Of a stretch of 64,000 nucleotides of DNA, positions 20,074 through 29,909 are shown one piece after another. Location: positions 125,230 to 189,229 of the IMG/VR virus record IMGVR_UViG_3300049009_000874; one strand, given 5' to 3'. A program made the translations under genes and the position numbers. The DNA is from a virus (Duplodnaviria > Caudoviricetes). The notes below the pieces were generated by a model. It saw nothing but the letters and a program-made list of their open reading frames with translations, was not told the DNA's origin and did not search any database. Position 1 is the first letter of the stretch. The number at the start of each line of letters is the position of its first letter.

Positions 20074-20400
20074 ATGTCCAGAAAGATCAGAGAGAACGTG
20101 TGGGACCCGCTCAGCAAGCGATTCGTCCATGAAATTTCGCCGATTAAAACGGGGGGGGTCAGGGAAAAAATAACCAGATTCCTAGATGAAATCCCATGCG
20201 ATTCCACCGGGGAGGAAGATTGCAAGACAGTCATCGCGCAGGTAAAAGCGGCTGTTCCGCAAAAAAAACCTGAATTCAACCCTACGCAAGTGGTTAAAAT
20301 AGGTTCGGGAGGAAGCATAAGAAGGGAACACAATGGGTTCATGGGATTCCTCGGCGCCAGGGACAGGGAAATGTTCGACATGATTTCGGAAGGAAAGTAA
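20074..20400 (+). CDS. Hypothetical protein with C-terminal tag-like motif
   Basis: GAGG RBS; ends FMGFLGARDREMFDMISEGK. Confidence 0.6.
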   Translation: MSRKIRENVWDPLSKRFVHEISPIKTGGVREKITRFLDEIPCDSTGEEDCKTVIAQVKAAVPQKKPEFNPTQVVKIGSGGSIRREHNGFMGFLGARDREMFDMISEGK

Positions 20401-20415
20401 CTGGAGGAGACCAAA

Positions 20416-21372
20416 GTGTCATTCTACAAAAATCAGATACCCATATCGGAGCAGGATTGGATGGAGAGCTTGATGGAACAGATGTGTCTGTCTCGCAAGC
20501 CGCCAATGCAGGTCGAGATGACCGTGGACGCCAGCAAGGTGACGTCGACTTGGAATGGAAGGACGCTGGAGCACGACTTCAGCGTCGGCGGCAAAGAATT
20601 CAAGGCTTCCGTGACATTGTACGCTTACGACCTCTCGAACCTAAAGCTCGGCATAAACAAGAGTAAAATTGTCCCGCTGGCGGATGTTAGCCTCGAGAAC
20701 GTTGATGGCTATGAGATAACCGGGGAATCTGGCTCCGAAGCCACCGAGGTGTACGGGAACATGATTTCGACCGTCGCGAAGGCTTTCGAGACGAACAACA
20801 GCATAGTCGGCGTGAGATATGTCCCGTGGAGCATGCTCATGGCTCCGCTTTACGACAAGATGGTGTCGAGGTTCCTCGAGACAAAAGGCTATTCCAGGGT
20901 GCACGCCAAGCCAGACATATTTCTGAAGGACTCGCTCATATCGAGCCTCCAAGCCGAATTCCCGGAAATGGCATCGAAATCCGCGGCTCACGTCGAGAAA
21001 AACAACAGATACCTTAAAGCCGTCAAGTGGTGGAAGATACTGCTGAGAAACGTCAGGTCCAGCTGGATAGGAAAGATAGTTTCGTTCGACGGAGTCCCAG
21101 CCATGGTCGAGAAGGTCGGCATCGATCTCAACATCGTGGTCTTGGTGGAGGAAAGATCTTCTGCGATGCCGAAACTAACACGGAAATTCATCGGCATAGA
21201 AAACTACAGTTCCCTGACGGACGGATCCCACTTCGACAGGCGCGACCTGTACGGCATCGTTGACCTAGCCAAAGAGACATCGTCGCTGAAAACCCTTCCG
21301 AACCTAGGTCAGACCATGACACCTCCGCCCTTCCCCCCAGAACTCGGGAAACCCGAGGACCATGAAGAATGA
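20416..21372 (+). CDS. Array-family protein carrying the second N-terminal tag
   Basis: MSFYKNQIPISEQDWMESL; YEITGESGSEATEVYG...LYDK core; IGKIVSF..VPAMV C-terminal module. Confidence 0.75.
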   Translation: MSFYKNQIPISEQDWMESLMEQMCLSRKPPMQVEMTVDASKVTSTWNGRTLEHDFSVGGKEFKASVTLYAYDLSNLKLGINKSKIVPLADVSLENVDGYEITGESGSEATEVYGNMISTVAKAFETNNSIVGVRYVPWSMLMAPLYDKMVSRFLETKGYSRVHAKPDIFLKDSLISSLQAEFPEMASKSAAHVEKNNRYLKAVKWWKILLRNVRSSWIGKIVSFDGVPAMVEKVGIDLNIVVLVEERSSAMPKLTRKFIGIENYSSLTDGSHFDRRDLYGIVDLAKETSSLKTLPNLGQTMTPPPFPPELGKPEDHEE

Positions 21373-21378
21373 AACGAA

Positions 21379-22119
21379 TCAGCTGTTCCTCTCTATGTTC
21401 CCTAATCTGGTCAGGTGCTTGTCCCTCGACTTGTGCAGCGGGTCCATCATGTCCGTGAACTCCTTGTCGGCGTGAACCTTCGAAAGGTCTTGCTTCTGCC
21501 TGAAAGTCCTCACGTGTGGCATGAAGTCCTCTCCCCTTATCCTGCCCGTCCTGTCCATGATTATCAAGGTGACCAGCAGCTTAGGCTTGATCTCGTCCCT
21601 TATCTTGCCTTCCCCGTCGAATATCGAGCCCCAGAGCTTCCTTGGGAATCCTCCGTCCTGCTGCAGCGACATGTGGTTGTCTATGACGAAAAAAAGCACC
21701 TCCCTGTCCTCCCGGGGCAATGAGTCGTATATGTCTTTCAATCCGCCGCTGAGCTTCGATATCTGCGGCATGTAGTGACCGGGGTTCTCGTGCCCGTGGG
21801 CGGTTATCCTTCCCCCGTCGACCTTCGTGGCGGTAGCCTTGCCGATGTCGTGGAACCAGGCAGCCAGCTTCAGTATCTTCATCTCCCTCTTGTCGTAACT
21901 CGTTCCTAAGTTCGAGAATATAGATCCAGGCTTGGAAGCCTCGCGCCTGATGAACTCTATCGCCATCGGAAGCCTGCTTCGAACCATCCTAGTGTGCGTG
22001 AACACGTCGCCCTCGGCGTGGTGCTTGTCGCTCTGGACCACGGGCTTCAGTATGTCGCCGAGCGACGACTCGGAACTCAAGACCACAGACAGATAATCCC
22101 TGAATGTTTTGTTTTCCAT
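21379..22119 (-). CDS. HD-domain phosphohydrolase with N-terminal tag
   Basis: HHAEGDVFTHT and AAWFHDIGK; starts MENKTFRDYL. Confidence 0.85.
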   Translation of the reverse strand: MENKTFRDYLSVVLSSESSLGDILKPVVQSDKHHAEGDVFTHTRMVRSRLPMAIEFIRREASKPGSIFSNLGTSYDKREMKILKLAAWFHDIGKATATKVDGGRITAHGHENPGHYMPQISKLSGGLKDIYDSLPREDREVLFFVIDNHMSLQQDGGFPRKLWGSIFDGEGKIRDEIKPKLLVTLIIMDRTGRIRGEDFMPHVRTFRQKQDLSKVHADKEFTDMMDPLHKSRDKHLTRLGNIERNS

Positions 22120-22133
22120 GTATCTCCAAATGA

Positions 22134-22835
22134 TTAAGCCTTCTCGACTTCACCGTCGTCCCATTCTTCCTCGCCGCTTAGGTGCGGAGGCAGCGGCAAC
22201 CCCCTCTTGGCGTACTTGATCCTCTCGACCGACCTGTCGTCCTTCTCGTTCCTTTTCTGGGCGAGACCGGCGAACTCTGGCATCAGCGAGGAGATCCTTT
22301 CCACAAGATCGGATTTCATGTACACGTTGTAGACCTTCGTGTAGCCGAGCGGCTTCATTATGTCCCTGTAGAAGACGTCGTACATCTTCTGGAGGCTGTC
22401 CGTGGACCCGAGGAACGTTATGCCTTGCGGGCTTTCCATGTCCACGAGCGACTTGAGGGCTCCGAACAGGCGGGTGTACACCGCGAACGGGTTGGTGCTG
22501 TCCTTCGGTCTCAGCGACCCGTTCACCGAAAGCGAAACCTCGTATATCTTTATGCCCATTGGGATATATGGTCTCTCTATCTTCTTCAGGACCATGTAGT
22601 CCACCTTCTGCCTCGTGAAGCCGCTCAGCATCTTTATCAGCTCGTCCACCGAGAGCATCCTCATCTTGACCTTGTATTCGTATTTCCGCGCTTCCTCGCT
22701 TGGCGCCGGCATGCTGAAATTGAGCATGTAAGTGCCTTCCTCGTCCTGCTCGAGATGCTCCGGCGGCGCAGCCGCGTACCTTTCAAGAGCGCCCTCTTCC
22801 AGCATCCTCAGGCACATGTCGTAAAATGAAATCAT
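22134..22835 (-). CDS. Array-family protein (core domain only)
   Basis: Starts MISFYDM like four array genes. FAVYTRLFGALKSLV..ESPQGITFLG...MYD...GYTKV. Confidence 0.75.
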   Translation of the reverse strand: MISFYDMCLRMLEEGALERYAAAPPEHLEQDEEGTYMLNFSMPAPSEEARKYEYKVKMRMLSVDELIKMLSGFTRQKVDYMVLKKIERPYIPMGIKIYEVSLSVNGSLRPKDSTNPFAVYTRLFGALKSLVDMESPQGITFLGSTDSLQKMYDVFYRDIMKPLGYTKVYNVYMKSDLVERISSLMPEFAGLAQKRNEKDDRSVERIKYAKRGLPLPPHLSGEEEWDDGEVEKA

Positions 22836-22945
22836 ACTGTTCCTCCATATGTTATCTATGGGAAATCCAAATGAAAAACAAAAAAACCCATTGAAGACGA
22901 AAGGGAAATCTGGTTAAATCGGAACATCTCGAAAGGAAATCGAAA

Positions 22946-23245
22946 ATGAACTACTTCATAGCCTGTTTCAGCATCATGCTCGGTATTTACTCTCTGCCGC
23001 TGACGCTCGGGGTTTTCAGGCACAAGCACGACCTCGCCGGCAGAAGCCAGACCGACATATTCCTGCACTTCTTCTCCTGCTTCATGTTCGTCACTTTCCC
23101 GCTGGTGAACTTCGCCAGCGCCGCCGAGATGCTCCTGTTCGGCTCCTACAAATGTTCCTACTTAGCCGGAGCGTACGGTCTCATGTTCGTCATATTTCAC
23201 TTCTCCTTCCTCGACGAGGAGAAGAGTGAGGGCGACGCCGTTTAG
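22946..23245 (+). CDS. Three-TM membrane protein
   Basis: Three hydrophobic segments; AAGGA RBS. Confidence 0.6.
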   Translation: MNYFIACFSIMLGIYSLPLTLGVFRHKHDLAGRSQTDIFLHFFSCFMFVTFPLVNFASAAEMLLFGSYKCSYLAGAYGLMFVIFHFSFLDEEKSEGDAV

Positions 23246-23257
23246 ATGGCATAAACC

Positions 23258-24196
23258 ATGAAGGAAAAATACGATAAGTCATGTCGCATCGTAAGCACGT
23301 GTGGAATCGCCATGTCATGCGACCAGCCCCCGATATATGATGGCAACCATTACTCGAGGAACACATGGGACATCAACTCCAATTACGGAGACACCGTCCA
23401 CGTCTCACACCGTGAATTGAAATCTTTCTCGAGAATCATAAGTTCATACAAGAGCCCGGTCTCCGTCGTCATGAACGGCGACGACCACATCATGCCGGAT
23501 GACCACGACGGCGAATGCCTGAGCCTGCTTCTCGAAAACGAAAACACGCTTGTGGTTTTCTCGACCAACGCCAGGAGATTCCACCCCAAGTGCGTTCCGA
23601 TTCCGATAGGAGTCGACTATCACACCTTGCGCCTGTGCAGGGATAACCGCCATGATTGGGGCAATCCCGGAACCTCCTCGAGAGACCAAGACAGAGAACT
23701 GGTGGCGACATCTGCAAGCCTCAAGCCTTTGGGCGAGTGCCTTCCGATCGCGATATCGAATTTCCACCTCGCTATGGATAGACCACCTCGCAGAAAAGCG
23801 ATGAGGCTCCCGATTCACGAGGCGACAAAGGATTGCGACTTCATCCGCCGGACCGGAAAGATGCAGAGGATTTCCTTCTGGAAATCGACAAACGACTTCG
23901 CGTTCGTGATGTGCCCCCCGGGTCAGGGTTACGACACGCACAGGGCTTGGGAGGTTTTGGCGTTGGGGAGAATACCGATAATCCAAAAACTTGAAATCAA
24001 CGAGGTGTATGACGGATTGCCGGTTTGGGAAATAGAAGACTGGGCGGAATTCGGCTCGTTGAAAACAGGAGACTTGGAAAGAAAGCTGGCTTTCTTCGTC
24101 GAAAAATGGAAGTCGTTCGAATTCCAAAAGACAACCCTGTCTTATTGGGTCGGACTGTTGGGGTCGAAAAAGCCGCCGCATAGCCGTGTAATTTGA
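23258..24196 (+). CDS. Exostosin/GT47-like glycosyltransferase
   Basis: PIPIG and FVMCPPGQGYDTHRAWEVLALGRIPII. Confidence 0.75.
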   Translation: MKEKYDKSCRIVSTCGIAMSCDQPPIYDGNHYSRNTWDINSNYGDTVHVSHRELKSFSRIISSYKSPVSVVMNGDDHIMPDDHDGECLSLLLENENTLVVFSTNARRFHPKCVPIPIGVDYHTLRLCRDNRHDWGNPGTSSRDQDRELVATSASLKPLGECLPIAISNFHLAMDRPPRRKAMRLPIHEATKDCDFIRRTGKMQRISFWKSTNDFAFVMCPPGQGYDTHRAWEVLALGRIPIIQKLEINEVYDGLPVWEIEDWAEFGSLKTGDLERKLAFFVEKWKSFEFQKTTLSYWVGLLGSKKPPHSRVI

Positions 24197-25060
24197 TCAC
24201 TTCGACAATCCGGTCAGGACTTCAGCCCATCGCTCGTAGGCTTTCCCCCTGGTGAGGTGCTTCTTCGCGAAATCCATCGCGTTAGCCCTTATGCTTTCCT
24301 CGAGACCCCTATCGCCCTTGACCCTCGCCAGGTTATCCCTGAGGTCCGACATGTCCCTCTTCACGGGCACGTAGTGGACCCAAGGCTTCAAAAGAGGGAA
24401 ATACCATTCCCTGTACGGTCTGTCGTGCAGGAAGACGACCCTGTTCGAAAAGAACAGGAACTTCAGCCTTCCGCTCCAACCGTAAGCCTCGACATCCATG
24501 AGGAACCTCCACCTCCTCGGGTGGTCCGTCAGGCTGACGAAGTTCGGGCACACACGGTTGTCAGGTATGCCTTTGGCGTAATCCCAGTTTATGTAAAGCG
24601 TGTCGAAGTCAATCCCGTCGTGGAACTGCACCAGGAGCCGCCTGTTGATGTGGGTTAGGGCTCCACGCCAGCCAAGGGCGTCCGTCTCGTGGACCCCGTT
24701 GCCGTAAGCCTCTATTATGTTGCACGTCTCGCCGTAGTCGTTTATCCCGACCTCCGGCCACCCGCTGAACGTGTAGTCCGGCACAGCCTGGCTGTAGTCC
24801 TCGTCAGCAGTCGAGAAGCACAGCACCCTGTGTCCGAAAAACGTCTTGTAGAGGTCCATGTCGTCGGTGTTGACCAGAACCCAGTCGAAATCCGGCACCC
24901 CGTGTATCCCGACAGCCTCCGAGATGATCCTCTTCGTGTGCTCGTTCCTCGACTCGTAGTTCCTACCGTCCACGAAGGACAAGGAATCGTCCTTCTTCCT
25001 GACGGCGAAGCCGCTGAACGGCGGGGTGGTTATAGACGGCACGTGTTGGCTCTCTCTCAT
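24197..25060 (-). CDS. GT90/CAP10-like glycosyltransferase
   Basis: WRGA, LMDVEAYGWSGRLKFL and EWYFPLLKPWVHYVPV..D.SDL. Confidence 0.88.
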   Translation of the reverse strand: MRESQHVPSITTPPFSGFAVRKKDDSLSFVDGRNYESRNEHTKRIISEAVGIHGVPDFDWVLVNTDDMDLYKTFFGHRVLCFSTADEDYSQAVPDYTFSGWPEVGINDYGETCNIIEAYGNGVHETDALGWRGALTHINRRLLVQFHDGIDFDTLYINWDYAKGIPDNRVCPNFVSLTDHPRRWRFLMDVEAYGWSGRLKFLFFSNRVVFLHDRPYREWYFPLLKPWVHYVPVKRDMSDLRDNLARVKGDRGLEESIRANAMDFAKKHLTRGKAYERWAEVLTGLSK

Positions 25061-25352
25061 ACGCCATTTTCCTCATGGAAGGTTGGTTCCCAGACAACAT
25101 ATTACCATCAATCTCGGGCAATTCACCGGTCGAACCGTCGATTTTCGCGGTTATCGCGACGAATAAACCGTGAATGATCGATGTGCTTTTTGTTAAGAAG
25201 TCATTTGACGCGTCGAAAAGGCTGTAAAACAAGCGGTTTTCACCTTAACTGTTTCTTCGCGGTTTGCACATCATATCTTTGCCCCAATACCGCTATCCCG
25301 ACAATTAAATACATTCATCATTTACGAGAAATATTTTTCCGGGAGACTTTTT

Positions 25353-26444
25353 ATGCTGAAACGTTTTAATTGCGCGGAAAAGGGGAAGAAAGCCTTCACC
25401 CTCATCGAACTCTTGGTCGTCATAGCTATCATCGCGATCCTCATCGGGCTACTGCTGCCCGCGGTGCAGAAGGTGCGAGAGGCAGCAGCCAGGATCAGCT
25501 GCGGCAACAACCTGAAACAACTTGGCATGGCCATGATGAATTTCGAATCCACCTACAACTGCCTTCCCACGTCGGGCGAAGGGATGTCCCCTGGCACGGC
25601 AACGGCGCCAGGAGGAACTGTCTTTGATGGCATTTCCTTCTTTACCGCCGTTCTTCCTTTTCTCGAACAAGAAGCCGCAGCCAAACAGGTGAATAACAAT
25701 GTGCAGCATTATTCTGCCGACGCCAATCAGGCGGCTTATAAAACCGTGATCAAATCCTTGGTTTGCCCGGGCAACCCAACCGCTTTGGCGTCTGGTGTTG
25801 ACGCTGGAGGTTACGGAACAACCGATTACATGCCAATTGCTTATTCGGATATCGACCCAACTACCGGAGCCCGTGCCAGCACAAGCCTTGTTTACAAGAA
25901 GGCTGGCATGCTCACCGTGACTGGAACGTTCCCGGCAGGACAAAAAGCTTCCACCATTTCTGATGCAGGGAATGCAGTTCCCAAATTGAAGAACGGCAGA
26001 AGAATCACCGGGATCACCGATGGAGGCTCCAACACCATTGGGTTGTTTGAAGACGTGGGTCGCGGCAACGCCGGCTGGGGCACTGAAGTATCAACCAAAT
26101 ACGGGTCACGCAATATCGCTCGCTGGGCAGAGCCAGACGGCGGCAATGGCGTTTCCGGTCCCGCTTTCGACGACGCGGGCGCGCCAAATAGCGGAGCTGC
26201 GACCTCTGTGGTCATTTCGAAGTGGATCAACCAGAATTCCTACCCGACTGGCGGAACCACCACTTGCCCTTGGTCGATCAACAACTGCGGTCCGAACGAC
26301 GAGCCGTTCTCGTTCCACACCGGCGTGGTCGGCGCGGTGTTCGGCGACGGGCACGTGGCTTTCATCTCTGACAAAGTCGGAGTCGTGACGCTCAAGGCGT
26401 TGGTCACGGCGGACGCCGGCGACCAGATCGGAACTGACTATTGA
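25353..26444 (+). CDS. DUF1559 prepilin-type N-terminal cleavage/methylation protein
   Basis: [41 protein letters not shown]; C-terminal H-X9-DG ([15 protein letters not shown]). Confidence 0.95.
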   Translation: MLKRFNCAEKGKKAFTLIELLVVIAIIAILIGLLLPAVQKVREAAARISCGNNLKQLGMAMMNFESTYNCLPTSGEGMSPGTATAPGGTVFDGISFFTAVLPFLEQEAAAKQVNNNVQHYSADANQAAYKTVIKSLVCPGNPTALASGVDAGGYGTTDYMPIAYSDIDPTTGARASTSLVYKKAGMLTVTGTFPAGQKASTISDAGNAVPKLKNGRRITGITDGGSNTIGLFEDVGRGNAGWGTEVSTKYGSRNIARWAEPDGGNGVSGPAFDDAGAPNSGAATSVVISKWINQNSYPTGGTTTCPWSINNCGPNDEPFSFHTGVVGAVFGDGHVAFISDKVGVVTLKALVTADAGDQIGTDY

Positions 26445-26472
26445 GAAATAGCGGTCGGATGAATTTTTCCAG

Positions 26473-26503
26473 AAAGGCGACTGGTAATCCCAGTCGCCTT
26501 TTT
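26473..26503 (+). terminator. Rho-independent terminator
   Basis: aaaggcgactgg-taatc-ccagtcgccttttt. Confidence 0.85.
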
Positions 26504-26518
26504 CGTCAGACTATATCC

Positions 26519-27469
26519 CTAGGAGAACAAGCAATCAAGCGCCGACAACGATTTGTCCTTCAAAAGTTCGCTTTCCGTGGTTTTGCTCCTTTCTATCAAC
26601 TCCATGAGCGACGCGTGATAGTCTTCGTTGTGATAGTCATTGCGGTTGTTTTTGTAGTTGTAGTATATCTTCGGAATATGCCTGCAAGGCTTGAAGCCGC
26701 CAACGTCATTCCTGTCGAATATTAATCCGGTCTTCAAATCCTTCATGTATTTCCTGACGCCCATCGAAACTCCAACCATATGAAAGTAAGAATTGGATGT
26801 TGACGGAATTTCCAGAAATGATGTTTTCTCTCTTCCGGTGAATAACTTGTATGTGAGGAACCCCATGGTCTCCAGCCACAACTCGTTTTTCTCCGTATTC
26901 GCCTTGTCATCTCTTGAATCGGGAGATATGACGAATTTTTTTCCATCGCAACTTGCGAAAACCGACTTGAATGTCGGGAAACCCAAATCCTTCAACATGT
27001 TCATTCTCAAAAAAGAAAGCCAAGGGCATATCCTCCCTATTTTCCTCTTGATGTGGGTGTGAAAAACTTTCTTCAGGGATTCGCTGCCTTCCATCCTCCC
27101 TGCTGTCGAACCAATGACGTCATGCCTTAGCATATGTTTTTTGTACCCTTCGATCACGCCACTTTTCAGGATGAAAAAGTCGCTGTCTATCGTCATCACG
27201 ACATTATGCTTGGCTTTCGGGACCAACATGTCCAATAGTTTACCATGGTCCGGAGAACCGTACCCATGGTCGTTTTTCACTTTGACTATCGTTACGTTTT
27301 TCTCTTTTGACCATAATTCGGAAATGAATTCCAGCATGTCATCCCTCGACGACGATATGCCCAGGATCAACTCGTCCACCTCGTTTTCCCAAAACTTCTT
27401 GTAGCTCTTGTAGAAGGTGAGAGCCAGATACGGATCGCCGACAAAAACGGTTATCGCTGAGATTTTCAT
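26519..27469 (-). CDS. GT-A fold (GT2-like) glycosyltransferase
   Basis: EVDELIL, DHG..LD and MTIDSD DxD motif; AGGAG RBS. Confidence 0.6.
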   Translation of the reverse strand: MKISAITVFVGDPYLALTFYKSYKKFWENEVDELILGISSSRDDMLEFISELWSKEKNVTIVKVKNDHGYGSPDHGKLLDMLVPKAKHNVVMTIDSDFFILKSGVIEGYKKHMLRHDVIGSTAGRMEGSESLKKVFHTHIKRKIGRICPWLSFLRMNMLKDLGFPTFKSVFASCDGKKFVISPDSRDDKANTEKNELWLETMGFLTYKLFTGREKTSFLEIPSTSNSYFHMVGVSMGVRKYMKDLKTGLIFDRNDVGGFKPCRHIPKIYYNYKNNRNDYHNEDYHASLMELIERSKTTESELLKDKSLSALDCLFS

Positions 27470-27549
27470 AACAACTCCTTTTGCTGGTGAAAAAACATCA
27501 AAGACTTCATTTTCCGCGCTATTCCATAACGCTCAAAGATATATATGGC

Positions 27550-29412
27550 ATGAACTTCAAAGAATTTATAGTGCAGGATTGGGTCGAGGATTTGCTGGAA
27601 TCCATGGGAGACCAGGATTACTACATGGACTTCAACTCCCACATCGGCGGACTTCTGGCGAGCGACACTCCGCTACGGCTGGTCGAGTTCGCCATCAGCG
27701 AAGCCAAGAAGGAACAGAAGGTTGCGAACTTCTCCAGCAGGCAGTGGGACCACCATAGGGAGAAGATAAAGAAACTGTTCAGACCGAAGGTCGACAAGCA
27801 CGGCAGGATAGAGAACCCCCACAAGGGCATAAACCTCGTCTCTCCAGGCGACAACAACCCCAAGACGCAGAAGGGATACAACGGGAGCGTCCCGAACCCT
27901 CACACCGGCGAGATGAGACCCATGAAGAACGCGGTCATGCACCTTCTCCCGGCTGGATTCTCCGGATGCAACACCTGCTCGGGGCATACAGCCCAATGCG
28001 CCGCGGCTTGCCTCGACGTCGCGGGGAACCCGGCGTTCATGGGGGTCAAGACCGCCGGCAGGGCGAAGCGAACGTTCATGTTCGCCTACAGCAAGAACGA
28101 CGCCATGAAGAAGCTAGCCAAGGAAATAGAGAAACACCAGTCGGAAGCCCACAAGTTCAACCTCAACTTCGGGATGCGTCTCAACGGCACTTCGGACATA
28201 CCTTGGGAGAGCGAACGCTACAAGTTCGAGTTCGACAGGGAGAACCCGCCGCCGGAATCCGAGAGACCGACCAACTGCCCCAAGGAAGAGAGGAAGAAAA
28301 GCATATTCTGCCACTTCCCCGAAACCCAATTCTACGACTACACAAAACTCCTGCCGAGGGCTATGGCGCACGCCAATGGCAAGATGCCGCCCAACTACCA
28401 CCTCACCTTCAGCTACTCGGAGAACACCAAGCAGGAGGACATGGAGAAGCTCCTGGACGCCGGCGGCAACGTGGCAATGGTCTTCGCCTTCGCCGAGAAG
28501 AACTACGACCCCGAGAAGGCTGAGAAAGCGGAGAAGAGCCGCGGGAAGAAGACTCCTTTCTCGCCGAACCCGAGGGGCAGGGAGGACGCCAGGGAGAGCG
28601 GTCCCTACAAGATACCCAAGGTTTGGCGGGGCGAGAACGGCAAGACATACAAGATCGTCAGCGGCGACACGCATGACCTCCGCTTCATCGACGACATGAA
28701 CAAGGACGGGGGCGACGGGGTCATCGTCGGTCTGGCTGCGAAGGGCGACGCCAAGTTCGTGCGACCAATACCGGGCAAGCAGGTCTTCGTGGTGCAGCCG
28801 GACGACCCTCACCTGAGGGACGAGCCCGAGAACCAGCCGTGGATGAGGTCGGCTACCAAGGCTATGGACCAGAGGCTGCGGAACCACAGGAAATCGATCG
28901 ACAAAAACGAGGAAGCCGCCAACAAGATCATCGACAAGGCGAACTCGATGCCAGAAGGAGAGGAGAAGAGGGAACTGCTGGACAGAGCCCAGAGGATGAA
29001 AGACGGGGTCATCAGCTTCACCGGTCCAGACGCGCAGAGGAAGAGGTCCAACATGATCTACTCCCTGGCGAAGGAGCCGGACAGCCTTTCCCTGCCGCAC
29101 CTGCCCCACAACCCGGAAGGTCTGTCCCCGCTAGAATTATCCAGGAAGGCGTTCAAGGACAAGGCTCTCAAGGACATGAACTCAAGGATAGAGAAGGAGA
29201 TCAAGGGGGCGGAGAAGATGTCCGGCTCCAGGTGGTCCCAGCAGCAGAGGGACGATTACATAGCATCCAAGAGGCTCGAGTACGCGGACGACTACCACGG
29301 GCTCAGCACCTTCAAGCAGAAGGAGGGTCTGCCGCACTGGACAGCCTCCGACAAGCCGCCAGAAAACCAGACATTCAAGATGAACCTTCCTACAAGAACC
29401 ATAAGGAGTTAA
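27550..29412 (+). CDS. GP88-family protein with N-terminal tag and extensions
   Basis: NTCSGHTAQCAAACL, RLNGTSDIPWE, QFYDYTK, NYHLTFSYSE, GDTHDLRF and IVGLAAKG; start MNFKEFI. Confidence 0.8.
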   Translation: MNFKEFIVQDWVEDLLESMGDQDYYMDFNSHIGGLLASDTPLRLVEFAISEAKKEQKVANFSSRQWDHHREKIKKLFRPKVDKHGRIENPHKGINLVSPGDNNPKTQKGYNGSVPNPHTGEMRPMKNAVMHLLPAGFSGCNTCSGHTAQCAAACLDVAGNPAFMGVKTAGRAKRTFMFAYSKNDAMKKLAKEIEKHQSEAHKFNLNFGMRLNGTSDIPWESERYKFEFDRENPPPESERPTNCPKEERKKSIFCHFPETQFYDYTKLLPRAMAHANGKMPPNYHLTFSYSENTKQEDMEKLLDAGGNVAMVFAFAEKNYDPEKAEKAEKSRGKKTPFSPNPRGREDARESGPYKIPKVWRGENGKTYKIVSGDTHDLRFIDDMNKDGGDGVIVGLAAKGDAKFVRPIPGKQVFVVQPDDPHLRDEPENQPWMRSATKAMDQRLRNHRKSIDKNEEAANKIIDKANSMPEGEEKRELLDRAQRMKDGVISFTGPDAQRKRSNMIYSLAKEPDSLSLPHLPHNPEGLSPLELSRKAFKDKALKDMNSRIEKEIKGAEKMSGSRWSQQQRDDYIASKRLEYADDYHGLSTFKQKEGLPHWTASDKPPENQTFKMNLPTRTIRS

Positions 29413-29413
29413 C

Positions 29414-29863
29414 GTGTACTACAGCAACCAGAAGAGAAAATTGTCCGACGAGGAGTGGATGGAGAGCGTCATGAGCCAAATGATCGGCGACACGAAGCCA
29501 ATTGTGGAGCAGGCTGCCGCCGTGCCCAGCAAAACGACAACGGAATTTCTCGGAGCCATCAACGCGATAAACGCTATGTTTTTAAAGAACAAAAACGCGA
29601 TGCCTGTTGATACCAATGAGGTTAAAGCTTTACAAGATAGCCTGGGAACTCTTGGGAAATCAATTCCAGCTTTGCAAGGTGAAATGCAAGCTGCTGCAAA
29701 AGCACAAGCTGCCGTCGCGAAACCACCCGCGCAAGCGCAAGCACAACCGCAAACTCCAGGGGCAGCACAAGCCAAAGCCCCAGTTCCGGGCGCGCCAGCA
29801 CCAGCAGCGCCTGCGCAAGGACAACCGCAGGCTGCGCAAGCGCCAGCAGCGCCAGCACGGTAA
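29414..29863 (+). CDS. Second-tag protein with Ala/Pro/Gln tail
   Basis: GTG start with AGGAG RBS; MYYSNQKRKLSDEEWMESV. Confidence 0.75.
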   Translation: MYYSNQKRKLSDEEWMESVMSQMIGDTKPIVEQAAAVPSKTTTEFLGAINAINAMFLKNKNAMPVDTNEVKALQDSLGTLGKSIPALQGEMQAAAKAQAAVAKPPAQAQAQPQTPGAAQAKAPVPGAPAPAAPAQGQPQAAQAPAAPAR

Positions 29864-29909
29864 TAGAATTGCCAGATTAAACTTCCGACAACAACCATAA
29901 GGAATCAAT

